Shown here piece after piece: positions 9,313 to 17,519 of a stretch of DNA of 32,000 bases. Position numbers and translations under genes: made by a program. The DNA is from Prochlorococcus marinus str. NATL2A (lineage in GTDB: Bacteria > Cyanobacteriota > Cyanobacteriia > PCC-6307 > Cyanobiaceae), in NCBI RefSeq assembly GCF_000012465.1, contig NC_007335.2, positions 630,001-662,000 on the forward strand, in the 5' to 3' direction. Under the pieces are notes generated by a model. The model was given only the letters and a program-made list of their open reading frames with translations, was not told the origin of the DNA and ran no database searches. Within the stretch, counting starts at the first letter, position 1. Every line of letters begins with the position of its first letter.

Positions 9313-10584
9313 CTATTTTAATGGTGGCATTATATTTCTTGGATCATGAATGGCTTTGAGCTCTTCTAAGTTTGGGAGCCAATCTTCGAATGCGGATGAT
9401 AATTCTTTTTTATGCCATTCTAAATGTGGGTGTATTTGCGCAAGATGAACCCCAGGGCATATGAATTCTAGATTATTCCAACACTCTGTCATCCATTCCA
9501 GCGTTCTTTTTCTCTTCGCTTGATTGTGGGCTTCCCAAGCACCGTTAATCCAAGGTTTCCAGATTGCATCACGATGAATAAAAGAAGTGTCAAGATCATT
9601 TAAATGTGTTAAACCTCCTAATTGTTGAGAAGCTATATAACAACTTTTGTTTGGCCTTTTATTTATTAATTCTTTAAGGATTTTTAATACTTGTTTATTT
9701 TTTTCTTGCCAAGCAGGGCCTAATAACCCAAGCACTTCAGAATGATTTGAATTATTATAATTATTGTTATTTCCAAAGCTTAAATTAGGTAAGGACTTCA
9801 TATTGTTGAATTTATTAATGATTCTATTTCGAGAGAATGGCAATTTTTCTAATAATTTAATCATGACGGATTCATCATCAGTATTTTTAATTTCACCAAT
9901 TGCATGAGCAAAAATATCGTCTCCATATATCCATTGAAGGCTAAGAGAATTAGGCCAACTTTCGGCTTGATTAATACATTCAGATAGCTCAGAAAATGAA
10001 AGATTTGCTGTCCAGCTTAATAGTGGTCTTAATGGCTGAGTCTTTAACTTTACCTGTGTGATTATGCCAAGAAATATAGCTGCTCCGCAAAGGGCTTTCC
10101 ATTCATTAGTCAACTCATTTTTGGTATTTGGTCGTAGTAAATGAAACTCTTTTCCATTTCCCCAAAAACCCTTAATCTCTATGATTTGATCAATTGCTAA
10201 TCCTTTGCTCCTACTGAGTGGACTTATTCCACCGGTCAAGATATATCCCATTCCTGTATTTCCAGACAAACCAATTGGAAAACTTCTTTTATGCTTTTCT
10301 AGAAAAGAGCATAATTTTCCCATCGTTACCCCGGCTTCAATTTCTACATGCTTTTTTTTTAAATCGAAAGATATTTTTTGGTAGTTTTTTCTTAGGTCTA
10401 AAATCCAATGTTTATCTGCGGCGGCTCTACTTGTGGTTCCTCCACTAGATACTAAAAATGGACTGGAAGTTTGTTGGGATGATTTCAGTGATTGAAAAAA
10501 TTCTGAGTTTACAGCTTCAAAAACCCCAAGGACATCACTATCATTGGAATTTTGATTTTGTAGTGATAACGAATTTCTAATAAT
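9313..10584 (-). CDS. FAD-linked oxidase (PCMH/FAD_binding_4 type with BBE-like C-terminus); 5' end extended beyond the ORF-track ATG to a putative ATT start
   Basis: The track ORF (9313-10323) begins inside the FAD-binding domain (GVTMGKL...GLSGNTGMGYILTGGISP). The same frame stays open for 91 more codons up to a TAG (plus-strand cta at 10597-10599). This stretch encodes ...PFLVSSGGTTSRAAADKHWILDLRKNYQKISFDLKKKHVEIEAGVT, the expected upstream part of the domain. There is no ATG, GTG or TTG in that stretch. AAGGAG (10593-10588) precedes ATT ATT (10584-10579). The C-terminus IHDPRNIMPP resembles a BBE tail. Confidence 0.6.
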   Translation of the reverse strand: MIRNSLSLQNQNSNDSDVLGVFEAVNSEFFQSLKSSQQTSSPFLVSSGGTTSRAAADKHWILDLRKNYQKISFDLKKKHVEIEAGVTMGKLCSFLEKHKRSFPIGLSGNTGMGYILTGGISPLSRSKGLAIDQIIEIKGFWGNGKEFHLLRPNTKNELTNEWKALCGAAIFLGIITQVKLKTQPLRPLLSWTANLSFSELSECINQAESWPNSLSLQWIYGDDIFAHAIGEIKNTDDESVMIKLLEKLPFSRNRIINKFNNMKSLPNLSFGNNNNYNNSNHSEVLGLLGPAWQEKNKQVLKILKELINKRPNKSCYIASQQLGGLTHLNDLDTSFIHRDAIWKPWINGAWEAHNQAKRKRTLEWMTECWNNLEFICPGVHLAQIHPHLEWHKKELSSAFEDWLPNLEELKAIHDPRNIMPPLK

Positions 10585-10668
10585 CTGCTCCTTTTTCTAT
10601 AATGAATTTCTTAAGTTAGTATTTTATAAAACTATATTCAATTAAAGTATATTATTGGCTAAAACATT

Positions 10669-11682
10669 TTGATTGCACCTGCATCAATTAACTATAAATA
10701 TCCATCTAATATTGGAATTTTGTTATGCGGACATGGTAGTAGAGATCCCAAAGCAGTAAAAGAGTTTATAAATGTAGTAAATAAAATAAAATCTAGAATA
10801 CCTGATATCCCAGTTGAATTCGGTTTTCTAGAATTTAATAGACCAATAATTAGTGAGGCCCTAGATCAGCTTAGGAGTTTGGGGGTTGAGAGAGTGATTG
10901 CTCTACCAGCTATGTTATTTGCTGCCGGGCATACTAAAAATGATATCCCTGCGGTTTTGAATAAATACTCCGCTGATAATGGACTTCTAATTCAATATGG
11001 CAGGGAGCTTGGATTGAATTCTTTGATGATTGGAGCAGCAGGAGCAAGAATCAAAGAAACAATTGATAGTAATCCAATATTTCCTCTTCATGAAACATTA
11101 CTTGTCGTAGCAGGTAGGGGATCGTCCGATCCAGATGCTAATTCAAATGTGTGTAAGATTACAAGGATGCTTGTTGAGGGATTTGGTTTTGGATGGGGAG
11201 AAACTGTTTTTTCAGGAGTAACATTTCCCCTCGTTGATCCTGGCTTGAGACATGCTCTCAAATTAGGTTTTAAAAGAGTAATTCTCTTCCCTTATTTTCT
11301 TTTTTCTGGAGTTTTAGTCAGTCGCGTTAGAGAACATTCTATGAGAGTTGCAAATGATAATCCTGATGTGAAGTTTCTAAACGCAAGTTACTTATCAGAC
11401 CAAGATTTAGTCATTGATACTTTTATGGAAAGAATTCAAGAAGTTTTTGATGGTGAGAATTTTATGAACTGTGCTTTATGTAAATATCGTTCTAATTTAT
11501 TAGGTTTTGAAAGCGAGGTTGGATATGAGCAGATCAGTCATCATGATCATGTTGAAGGTTGTCTAGACATTCGCCGAGAAAACAAAGAGCATAATCACGC
11601 GCATGAACATTTTCCTTATCCACATGCAAAGCATCCTTTCGGACCTGTCACGCTTCCCTCTTTAAACAAAAGCCAAATCTAA
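10669..11682 (+). CDS. cbiX: sirohydrochlorin cobalto-/ferrochelatase, long-form CbiX
   Basis: GILLCGHGSRD and a second-half GRGSSDPDAN indicate the duplicated CbiX fold. MNCALC matches the MxCxxC motif. The C-terminal tail is His-rich (SHHDHVEG...KEHNHAHEHFPYPHAKHP), as in CbiX-long. TTG start. Confidence 0.8.
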   Translation: MIAPASINYKYPSNIGILLCGHGSRDPKAVKEFINVVNKIKSRIPDIPVEFGFLEFNRPIISEALDQLRSLGVERVIALPAMLFAAGHTKNDIPAVLNKYSADNGLLIQYGRELGLNSLMIGAAGARIKETIDSNPIFPLHETLLVVAGRGSSDPDANSNVCKITRMLVEGFGFGWGETVFSGVTFPLVDPGLRHALKLGFKRVILFPYFLFSGVLVSRVREHSMRVANDNPDVKFLNASYLSDQDLVIDTFMERIQEVFDGENFMNCALCKYRSNLLGFESEVGYEQISHHDHVEGCLDIRRENKEHNHAHEHFPYPHAKHPFGPVTLPSLNKSQI

Positions 11683-12069
11683 AAAAAATAGGTTTAAATT
11701 AGAGAATCATTTGTCTCTTTCTTGCTTGTGACGCAAGGGACTCGTTATTTATACATTTTTTTAATGTTTAGTTTCAGCTCTTTTCCCCAAGTGATTTCCA
11801 CAACTAGTGAAGAGTTTTCCACTAAAAAAAACTAAAACTCTAGTTTTCGTGATGTACTTGTGGGATTCAATAGATACTTTAATAGTAATTTACACTTAGA
11901 TACTTTACGCAAAGAAAACTAATTTATTTCAAATGAACCTTCAAGAAGTATTGATATAAGGTGAGTCTATCTCTGTCTCGGATTTTCGATTCAGGTTTTC
12001 TTTATCTTTGACGTTTTATAGAAAATTTAAGATCCTTATTTCATTGAGTTCGAGCTTTTAAGAAAGGAG

Positions 12070-12339
12070 ATGGAGTTTAATCAAATTGAAACTCGTATTG
12101 ATGAGATGAAAACTGATGAGATTAGATGCTGTGAAAATGACTTGGACCTAATGTCTATAAGTCTTGAAGCTGAGGTGCCTGAAGCTCTTTATGTAGGCAT
12201 GAAGGATTTTATATGTGGGAATGAGAACTGGGATCAATCCAAGCTTATTAGCTCAGCTATCGCTAATTTTCTCTTTCAAAATGGTTCTGATGATAGGGCT
12301 GTTACAGAAAAATACTTAAATGATATTTTTAACCTTTAA
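12070..12339 (+). CDS. small conserved cyanobacterial protein (DUF2811-like)
   Basis: SISLEAEVPEALY...F...NENWDQSKLISSAIANFLFQNG resembles the DUF2811 family. The true start may be the internal ATG at 12151 (MSISLEAEV..., 62 aa). The 3' end overlaps the convergent GMC oxidoreductase by 11 nt. Confidence 0.6.
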   Translation: MEFNQIETRIDEMKTDEIRCCENDLDLMSISLEAEVPEALYVGMKDFICGNENWDQSKLISSAIANFLFQNGSDDRAVTEKYLNDIFNL

Positions 12340-13972
12340 AGTCTCTAATTGCCTTTTCGCAAGCTCTCTTAGTTATTGCCATCATTGTTAATGTTGGGCT
12401 TTGCCAAGATGAAGTAGGCCAGCAAGCTCCATCAACTACTAATACATTGTTGCATTCCCATAGACGATTCCAGTTGTCTAAAACACTATTTCCTTTGTCA
12501 TTTCCCATTGGTGCTCCTCCTACCTCATGTATGTAGTAACCAGGGGGTGGAGCATCGCTTTTAATAGCAACTGATTTGCTTAAAATTTGTTTGGTAAATG
12601 GAATCTTGAGAATCTCATTCACTGGAATAATTTTGCCATTACCAGAATTAATAATAAGTTCAATCATTCTGTTCATTTCTGAAACCATTCGTTTCTCATT
12701 TTCACGCCAAACTATTGATATGTGCGGTATGGAAATACCATATAGATCATTGGTATTTGAGAGAGAAACAGTGTTTTTTTGATTTGGGAGTACTTCTCCA
12801 TGACCAATAAGGAACCCAGTTTTTGTGTTTTTATATTTCTTAAAAACTTCTGGTGGTTCAAATCTATCTATTCCTCCCCAGATGCCATATCCACCAACAA
12901 AGTTTTTTTTAGTTGAGCTGTCTCTACCGATGGGAATAAAGAAGCTACCTGCTCCTGTTAAAAGATGATTATTATTTTTATCTGAATAATCATTGAAATT
13001 CTTCTCGATAGGGACACTGAAAAACCTACAGGTTGATATATGATCCATTAAGTTCATTCCTAATGAATTAGAGGGGTCAATTAGACCATTTGAATTATTA
13101 CTTTCTTCGGAACTTAATAGAATTCTAATTGTTTGGATTGTTGATGAACATAGTATTATTAAGTTACTTTCTAATTCACTTCGCTCTCCATTTTTTTGGT
13201 TTACTACAATAACACTTTTTGCAGACTTCCTATCCTTATTCAAAACTAATTTATCTACAATATGATTTGAAAGTATTTCTATTTTACCTAGCCTAGCGGC
13301 TTCTTTTAATGTGCTGCCTAAACTGCTATATCTGGGCCATTTCGTTTGATCTTCATTTGGTCCAAACCCTCTGGAATGTATAAAGGGAAGATTTAAATTT
13401 TTTTTTATATTGGAGGCAAATCTTGATTCACTTTCTGTAAATGGAAGTTTGCCAATATATTCACCATTAGGTAGTTGATTGAGATCGTCTTTGTTGCCAT
13501 ATATTTTTAGAAAACTCTCTATTTCCGAATAATGCGACTCAAGATCTTTGTAACTAATAGGCCATTCGAGGTTGTATTCTTTTTCTTTTGAGGCTTCAAA
13601 ATCCTCGTCAGATAATCTTAAGGTTATCCCTCCCCAAGTAAGGCTTCTTCCACCAACTTGATTGCCTTGCGTCCACATGAATGGGGCTTTTGGCGGGTGT
13701 GTATAAGGATTTGCTTTTTTGTTTGCGTACAGTAAGGGATTTGATTTCCAGAACCCTGGATGTTGAGGTTGATTTTGATAATTTCCAGTTGTTACCCCTA
13801 AAAGTCTCCGAATCATATTGCAAGGCTCTGTTCCTTTTGCCTGCTTGATCTCTAGTTCAGGACCTCTTTCTATTACTAGTACTCTTACACCAGCCTTAGC
13901 CATTGTTAAGGCTGCCATTCCCCCGGTTGCACCTGAACCGATAATTATGACTTCATAGGGCTTGTCAATCAT
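12329..13972 (-). CDS. GMC-family FAD-dependent oxidoreductase
   Basis: It has the N-terminal VIIIGSGATGGMAALTMAKAGVRVLVIERG (GxGxxG...E) motif. The C-terminal HEVGGAPMG...VLVVDGACWPTSSWQSPTLTMMAIT matches the GMC_oxred_C catalytic region. Confidence 0.8.
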   Translation of the reverse strand: MIDKPYEVIIIGSGATGGMAALTMAKAGVRVLVIERGPELEIKQAKGTEPCNMIRRLLGVTTGNYQNQPQHPGFWKSNPLLYANKKANPYTHPPKAPFMWTQGNQVGGRSLTWGGITLRLSDEDFEASKEKEYNLEWPISYKDLESHYSEIESFLKIYGNKDDLNQLPNGEYIGKLPFTESESRFASNIKKNLNLPFIHSRGFGPNEDQTKWPRYSSLGSTLKEAARLGKIEILSNHIVDKLVLNKDRKSAKSVIVVNQKNGERSELESNLIILCSSTIQTIRILLSSEESNNSNGLIDPSNSLGMNLMDHISTCRFFSVPIEKNFNDYSDKNNNHLLTGAGSFFIPIGRDSSTKKNFVGGYGIWGGIDRFEPPEVFKKYKNTKTGFLIGHGEVLPNQKNTVSLSNTNDLYGISIPHISIVWRENEKRMVSEMNRMIELIINSGNGKIIPVNEILKIPFTKQILSKSVAIKSDAPPPGYYIHEVGGAPMGNDKGNSVLDNWNRLWECNNVLVVDGACWPTSSWQSPTLTMMAITKRACEKAIRDFKG

Positions 13973-14033
13973 TTTTTGGAAGTTGTATATTTTGAATTTG
14001 GTAGATTTATGGAATTATTTTTTTAATATGTAA

Positions 14034-14253
14034 AATTTATATTAAATCATAGGGTTAGTGAATAGACCGTTGGAAAAATTGATTAATTTATATAGTTTTT
14101 ACTTTCTTTAATAAAGAATTAGCATGAAATGTTTTTTATTAGATGATTCTTAATAATTTGCACTGAAATAATTAAATAATTTATTTTGATTTGTTTTTAT
14201 GATTTAAGAGAGGTTATAGTATTTGTCTTTTAATATATAATTTATATTAAATC
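14034..14253. repeat. direct repeat in the divergent promoter region: perfect 15-mer AATTTATATTAAATC at 14034-14048 and 14239-14253
   Basis: Read directly. The extended copies are 14021-14048 (TTTTAATATGTAAAATTTATATTAAATC) and 14228-14253 (TTTTAATATATAATTTATATTAAATC). They differ by one substitution and a 2-nt indel. Confidence 0.85.
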
Positions 14254-14315
14254 CAATATTTAACTGTCAGACCCTTTTGAATTAAAATATAATCATTAGA
14301 AGCAATTAGAAAGTT

Positions 14316-14786
14316 ATGTTTAAACGTCTTCTTTTTTTTGTAAGCGCCGTTCTTTTTTTCTTTTATCCTCTGCCAGCTTATTCAGCTTTGGACTATGGAA
14401 AGCAAACCTTGATAGGTTCTGATTTCTCCAATATCGATTTAAAAGGTGCGACTTTCTATTTAAGTGATCTCCAAAATTCTGATTTTTCAGGAAGTGATCT
14501 TCAAGGGGCTAGTTTTTTTGATGCAAAGCTTGAAAACGCTAATCTAAGTAATACAAATATGAGAGATGTAACAATGGATGCAGCTATACTTAATGGCGCA
14601 AACCTTTCAAATAGCATATTAGAGGGTGCTTTTGCTTACAATGCAAAATTCGAAAATGTTATTATTGAAGGTGCCGATTTTACTGATGTCTTGATCGCAA
14701 ATGATGTTAGAAATAAACTATGCCTTATCGCAAATGGGATAAACAGTGTGACTAATAAAAAAACAAGTGAAACATTGGACTGTTAG
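14316..14786 (+). CDS. pentapeptide-repeat protein with N-terminal signal peptide (thylakoid-lumen/periplasm type)
   Basis: The hydrophobic N-terminus LLFFVSAVLFFFYPLPAYSA is followed by consecutive A(D/N)LxX-type pentapeptides (ANLSNTNMRDVTMDAAILNGANLSNSILEGAFAYNAKFEN). Confidence 0.85.
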   Translation: MFKRLLFFVSAVLFFFYPLPAYSALDYGKQTLIGSDFSNIDLKGATFYLSDLQNSDFSGSDLQGASFFDAKLENANLSNTNMRDVTMDAAILNGANLSNSILEGAFAYNAKFENVIIEGADFTDVLIANDVRNKLCLIANGINSVTNKKTSETLDC

Positions 14787-14794
14787 TAGCCAGT

Positions 14795-16891
14795 ATGCTT
14801 ATTAAGAAAAATATTAATCACTCTAAATATATTTTTTGGATTTCAATTTTATGTATATGGATTCTTTCGACCATAATTGATCGTATTTGGTGGAATTTAT
14901 ATAGCATTACTCCTTCATGGGATCAGGCTGACTATCTCAATAGTGCTATTGACCATGCCCGTGCACTCTCTTTTTTGGGAGCAGATGGAGCTTCAGACTT
15001 TAATTCTTTACTAGATAAATCGCCAAAAATTCCTCCTTTGGCTTCAATAATCAATGGAGCCGTAATTGCCTTTGCTGGTGATGCTCCTCATCAGGCGGCC
15101 TGGTCCTTAAGTTTTTGGAATGGATTCTTTATCTTTAATATTGCTTCGTGGGGACTTTATTTGAGTGGGAAAAAACTTGGACTTTTTTGTGTTCTTATTA
15201 GTGCATGTTCTCCTTTCTTATTTAATCTAAGAACTGATTATTTATTGGAGTTACCTTTAATTTCCGCTATTACATTTTATTTATTTCATCTAGGAAGGTG
15301 GAGTGATAAATCAATCGGAGGTAAATGGATTCAATTGATAATTGCTACTTTCGCATGCTCTTTTTCTTTATTGATTAAGCAAAGTTCTTTATTAGTTATC
15401 ATACCTTCCTTATTATTTGTCTTTGTGCTTTCTTTTAAAAGAGATAAAAAATTTCGATTACAATTTTTATGCTTAGTTCTTATCAATATTTTAGCAATTT
15501 TACCTTGGTTTTTTCACAATTGGATAATGATATTAAGTGGAACTTATAGAGCTGTTTTTGAATCGGCGGCGATAGAAGGTGATCCTTCTATTTTAGGTTT
15601 TAAAAGTATTTTCTGGTATTTCCCATATTTAGATAATCAGTTTGGAAGTATTATTTTCTTTTTTGGATTGTCAGGAATACTATTTGCATTTTTAACCTAT
15701 GTAAGATCTTTTAGATCTCAAGCAAGATTAGTCGATATTTTTAATGAGAATAATTATAAATGGACATGGATTTATTTTAATTTAATAACATGCTGGACTT
15801 TTACAACTTTCATTCCTAACAAGGATGAAAGATATATAGCATGTACAATCCCGTTAATTATTTTACTGCTAGGCTTTGGATTTACTAAGTGGAGTGATTG
15901 GCTAGATACTTATTTTAAATTAAACTCTTATATTTTATTATTTATTCCTGCTGTCAGTTTTCTATTTTCCAATTCTATTAATAAGTTTAACACTTTACAA
16001 AATATTGCAAGTAAATATTATCCTGTTAAAGATATTTTATCGATAGTTAGATCTGATCAGACTATCGATAAAAAAGAAACAGTTATTGTTGTTCCAAGCA
16101 CCCCTGAAATTAATCAGCATAATGTAAGCTATTTTGGAAGAATGCAAGGTGGAAATATTTTAGGCAGACAACTTGGGCAATCTCTTTTGCATATAGAACC
16201 AGTGCTTAAATACTCTAATTGGATTATTTTGGCAGACGGAGATCAAGGCTCAGTTCCAAGTAATTCACTAGTTCTAGACAAAGCGATTAGAGATAGTTCT
16301 CTTTTTATACAAGTTCAAGAATTTCCTAGAGAAAAAGAAGGAAGCTATACTCTTTGGAAGCGAAGATCAAGTTCATTTAATCCAAATGAATTTCATAATA
16401 GATTTATTGAACTAGCAAAGGGGATGGAGAAAGGTCCATTAGGTATTAAATTGATTTTTGATGAAATAGAAATAGAACATATGCTTGATGGGCATTTAAA
16501 ATATCAAAGTATAGTTAGAGATAAGGCATTATCCAAAATAAGTTCAGACCCTGAAAATGTTGAATCTTTATGGTCCTTATCGCTTTTGAAGATATTATCG
16601 AATAGACCTTATGAAGCTGATATTTATTTAAGAAATTTAGAAATCTTGTTGCCAAATAATCCTTGGCCAAGTGCTTATAGAATAATAGTTAACTTTGCCT
16701 CTTGGAATCCTTGGAAGGCCTCATTAATAGCCGATAAAGCTAATAAAAGAAATCCAAATTACTTTCTAAAAAGTTTGAGTGATATAAGTGCAATTTTTAG
16801 GGGATCCTTTTGGCGATTAAAGTCTGCTTTAAATAGTGTTCCGAATGCAATAAAAAGTGTTGATGAATCTCTAAAACCAATAGAAAAATAG
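14795..16891 (+). CDS. GT-C fold membrane glycosyltransferase (ArnT/PMT-like) with a soluble helical-repeat C-terminal domain
   Basis: There are about 10 or more predicted TM helices over the first ~400 aa. A first-loop acidic motif SWDQADYLNSAID resembles the DE/DxD loop of the ArnT/PMT family. The ~250-aa hydrophilic tail has TPR-like helical character. It starts 8 nt after the pentapeptide gene stop. Confidence 0.6.
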   Translation: MLIKKNINHSKYIFWISILCIWILSTIIDRIWWNLYSITPSWDQADYLNSAIDHARALSFLGADGASDFNSLLDKSPKIPPLASIINGAVIAFAGDAPHQAAWSLSFWNGFFIFNIASWGLYLSGKKLGLFCVLISACSPFLFNLRTDYLLELPLISAITFYLFHLGRWSDKSIGGKWIQLIIATFACSFSLLIKQSSLLVIIPSLLFVFVLSFKRDKKFRLQFLCLVLINILAILPWFFHNWIMILSGTYRAVFESAAIEGDPSILGFKSIFWYFPYLDNQFGSIIFFFGLSGILFAFLTYVRSFRSQARLVDIFNENNYKWTWIYFNLITCWTFTTFIPNKDERYIACTIPLIILLLGFGFTKWSDWLDTYFKLNSYILLFIPAVSFLFSNSINKFNTLQNIASKYYPVKDILSIVRSDQTIDKKETVIVVPSTPEINQHNVSYFGRMQGGNILGRQLGQSLLHIEPVLKYSNWIILADGDQGSVPSNSLVLDKAIRDSSLFIQVQEFPREKEGSYTLWKRRSSSFNPNEFHNRFIELAKGMEKGPLGIKLIFDEIEIEHMLDGHLKYQSIVRDKALSKISSDPENVESLWSLSLLKILSNRPYEADIYLRNLEILLPNNPWPSAYRIIVNFASWNPWKASLIADKANKRNPNYFLKSLSDISAIFRGSFWRLKSALNSVPNAIKSVDESLKPIEK

Positions 16892-16928
16892 ATTTTTAAG
16901 ACAGAATTTCTATTTTGAGATTCAGGAT

Positions 16929-17099
16929 TCAGAGTTGGTCTCTTTCAAATGTTTTTGTTATTTCTTTTAGAAATTCAACTATTTGAATATTTGTATACCC
17001 AAGCTCGGTTCTGAGCCCTTTACATGAAGAGGTAATCTCTTTCCAAATATCAGCTCTTACAATTGCTTCTCTGTCTTTTAAGTAACGCTCTTCTTTCAT
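16929..17099 (-). CDS. small hypothetical ORF (56 aa), below the ORF-track length cut-off
   Basis: My translation from ATG (17099-17097) to TGA (16931-16929) reads MKEERYLKDREAIVRADIWKEITSSCKGLRTELGYTNIQIVEFLKEITKTFERDQL. It fills an otherwise empty gap. I recognise no family. Confidence 0.35.
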   Translation of the reverse strand: MKEERYLKDREAIVRADIWKEITSSCKGLRTELGYTNIQIVEFLKEITKTFERDQL

Positions 17100-17146
17100 T
17101 TTGATTAATTATGCAAGGTATGGGTTTGTGGGCTTTTTAAGAAAGT

Positions 17147-17179
17147 CAACCTAGTAAATCTCAAATATTTACTAGGTTG
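17147..17179. repeat. perfect 13-bp inverted repeat (hairpin): CAACCTAGTAAAT - 7 nt - ATTTACTAGGTTG
   Basis: Read directly. The arms are 17147-17159 and 17167-17179, with loop CTCAAAT. On the plus strand it is followed by GTTTGATTG. Confidence 0.9.
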
Positions 17180-17432
17180 GTTTGATTGATATCAGGTCAG
17201 TATCTTAAAAGTCTTTTAAACCTATTTCCGGATTACCTTAACGAAAAAATAAAAGAATCATGAGAATTATGGCATTCTTGTATGCATTAAATATTTGATT
17301 TACTTATCTAAGTAGTCGAAAAAATAAAACATTTTTAAGATTTTTTGACTAATTGATCTAATATTTTGGTCTTTTTATCATATAGCAGGGGCAAAAGTAT
17401 AATTAAATACCTCCAAACTCCCCAACAAAGAA

Positions 17433-17519
17433 CGGAGAGTGGGGGATTCGAACCCCCGATGGAGTTGCCCCCATGCTAGTTTTCAAGACTAGAGCCATAA
17501 ACCACTCGACCAACTCTCC
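17433..17519 (-). tRNA. tRNA-Ser (anticodon UGA), 87 nt, long variable arm, CCA not encoded
   Basis: The minus-strand sequence is GGAGAGTTGGTCGAGTGGTTTATGGCTCTAGTCTTGAAAACTAGCATGGGGGCAACTCCATCGGGGGTTCGAATCCCCCACTCTCCG. The acceptor stem is GGAGAGT/ACTCTCC and the anticodon stem CTAGT/ACTAG, with loop CTTGAAA. The T arm is GGGGG-TTCGAAT-CCCCC and the variable arm stem is ATGG/CCAT. Confidence 0.95.

Noticed and set aside
10218-10448. 76-aa plus-strand ORF opposite the FAD oxidase 5' region
   Set aside because: The opposite strand encodes domain-consistent FAD-binding sequence across this exact interval. The plus-strand product is Phe/Leu-rich junk typical of antisense translation of AT-rich coding DNA.
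12576-13823. ORFs 12576-12782(+) and 13608-13823(-) inside the GMC oxidoreductase gene
   Set aside because: Both are nested in, or out of frame with, a 547-aa ORF carrying clear GMC N- and C-terminal motifs.
17433-17519. tRNA-Ser as an integration site of a prophage or genomic island (att duplication)
   Set aside because: I found no second copy of the tRNA 3' end (GGTTCGAATCCCCCACTCTCC or its complement) and no integrase in the window. Only the weaker 'variable islet' idea is kept as a finding.
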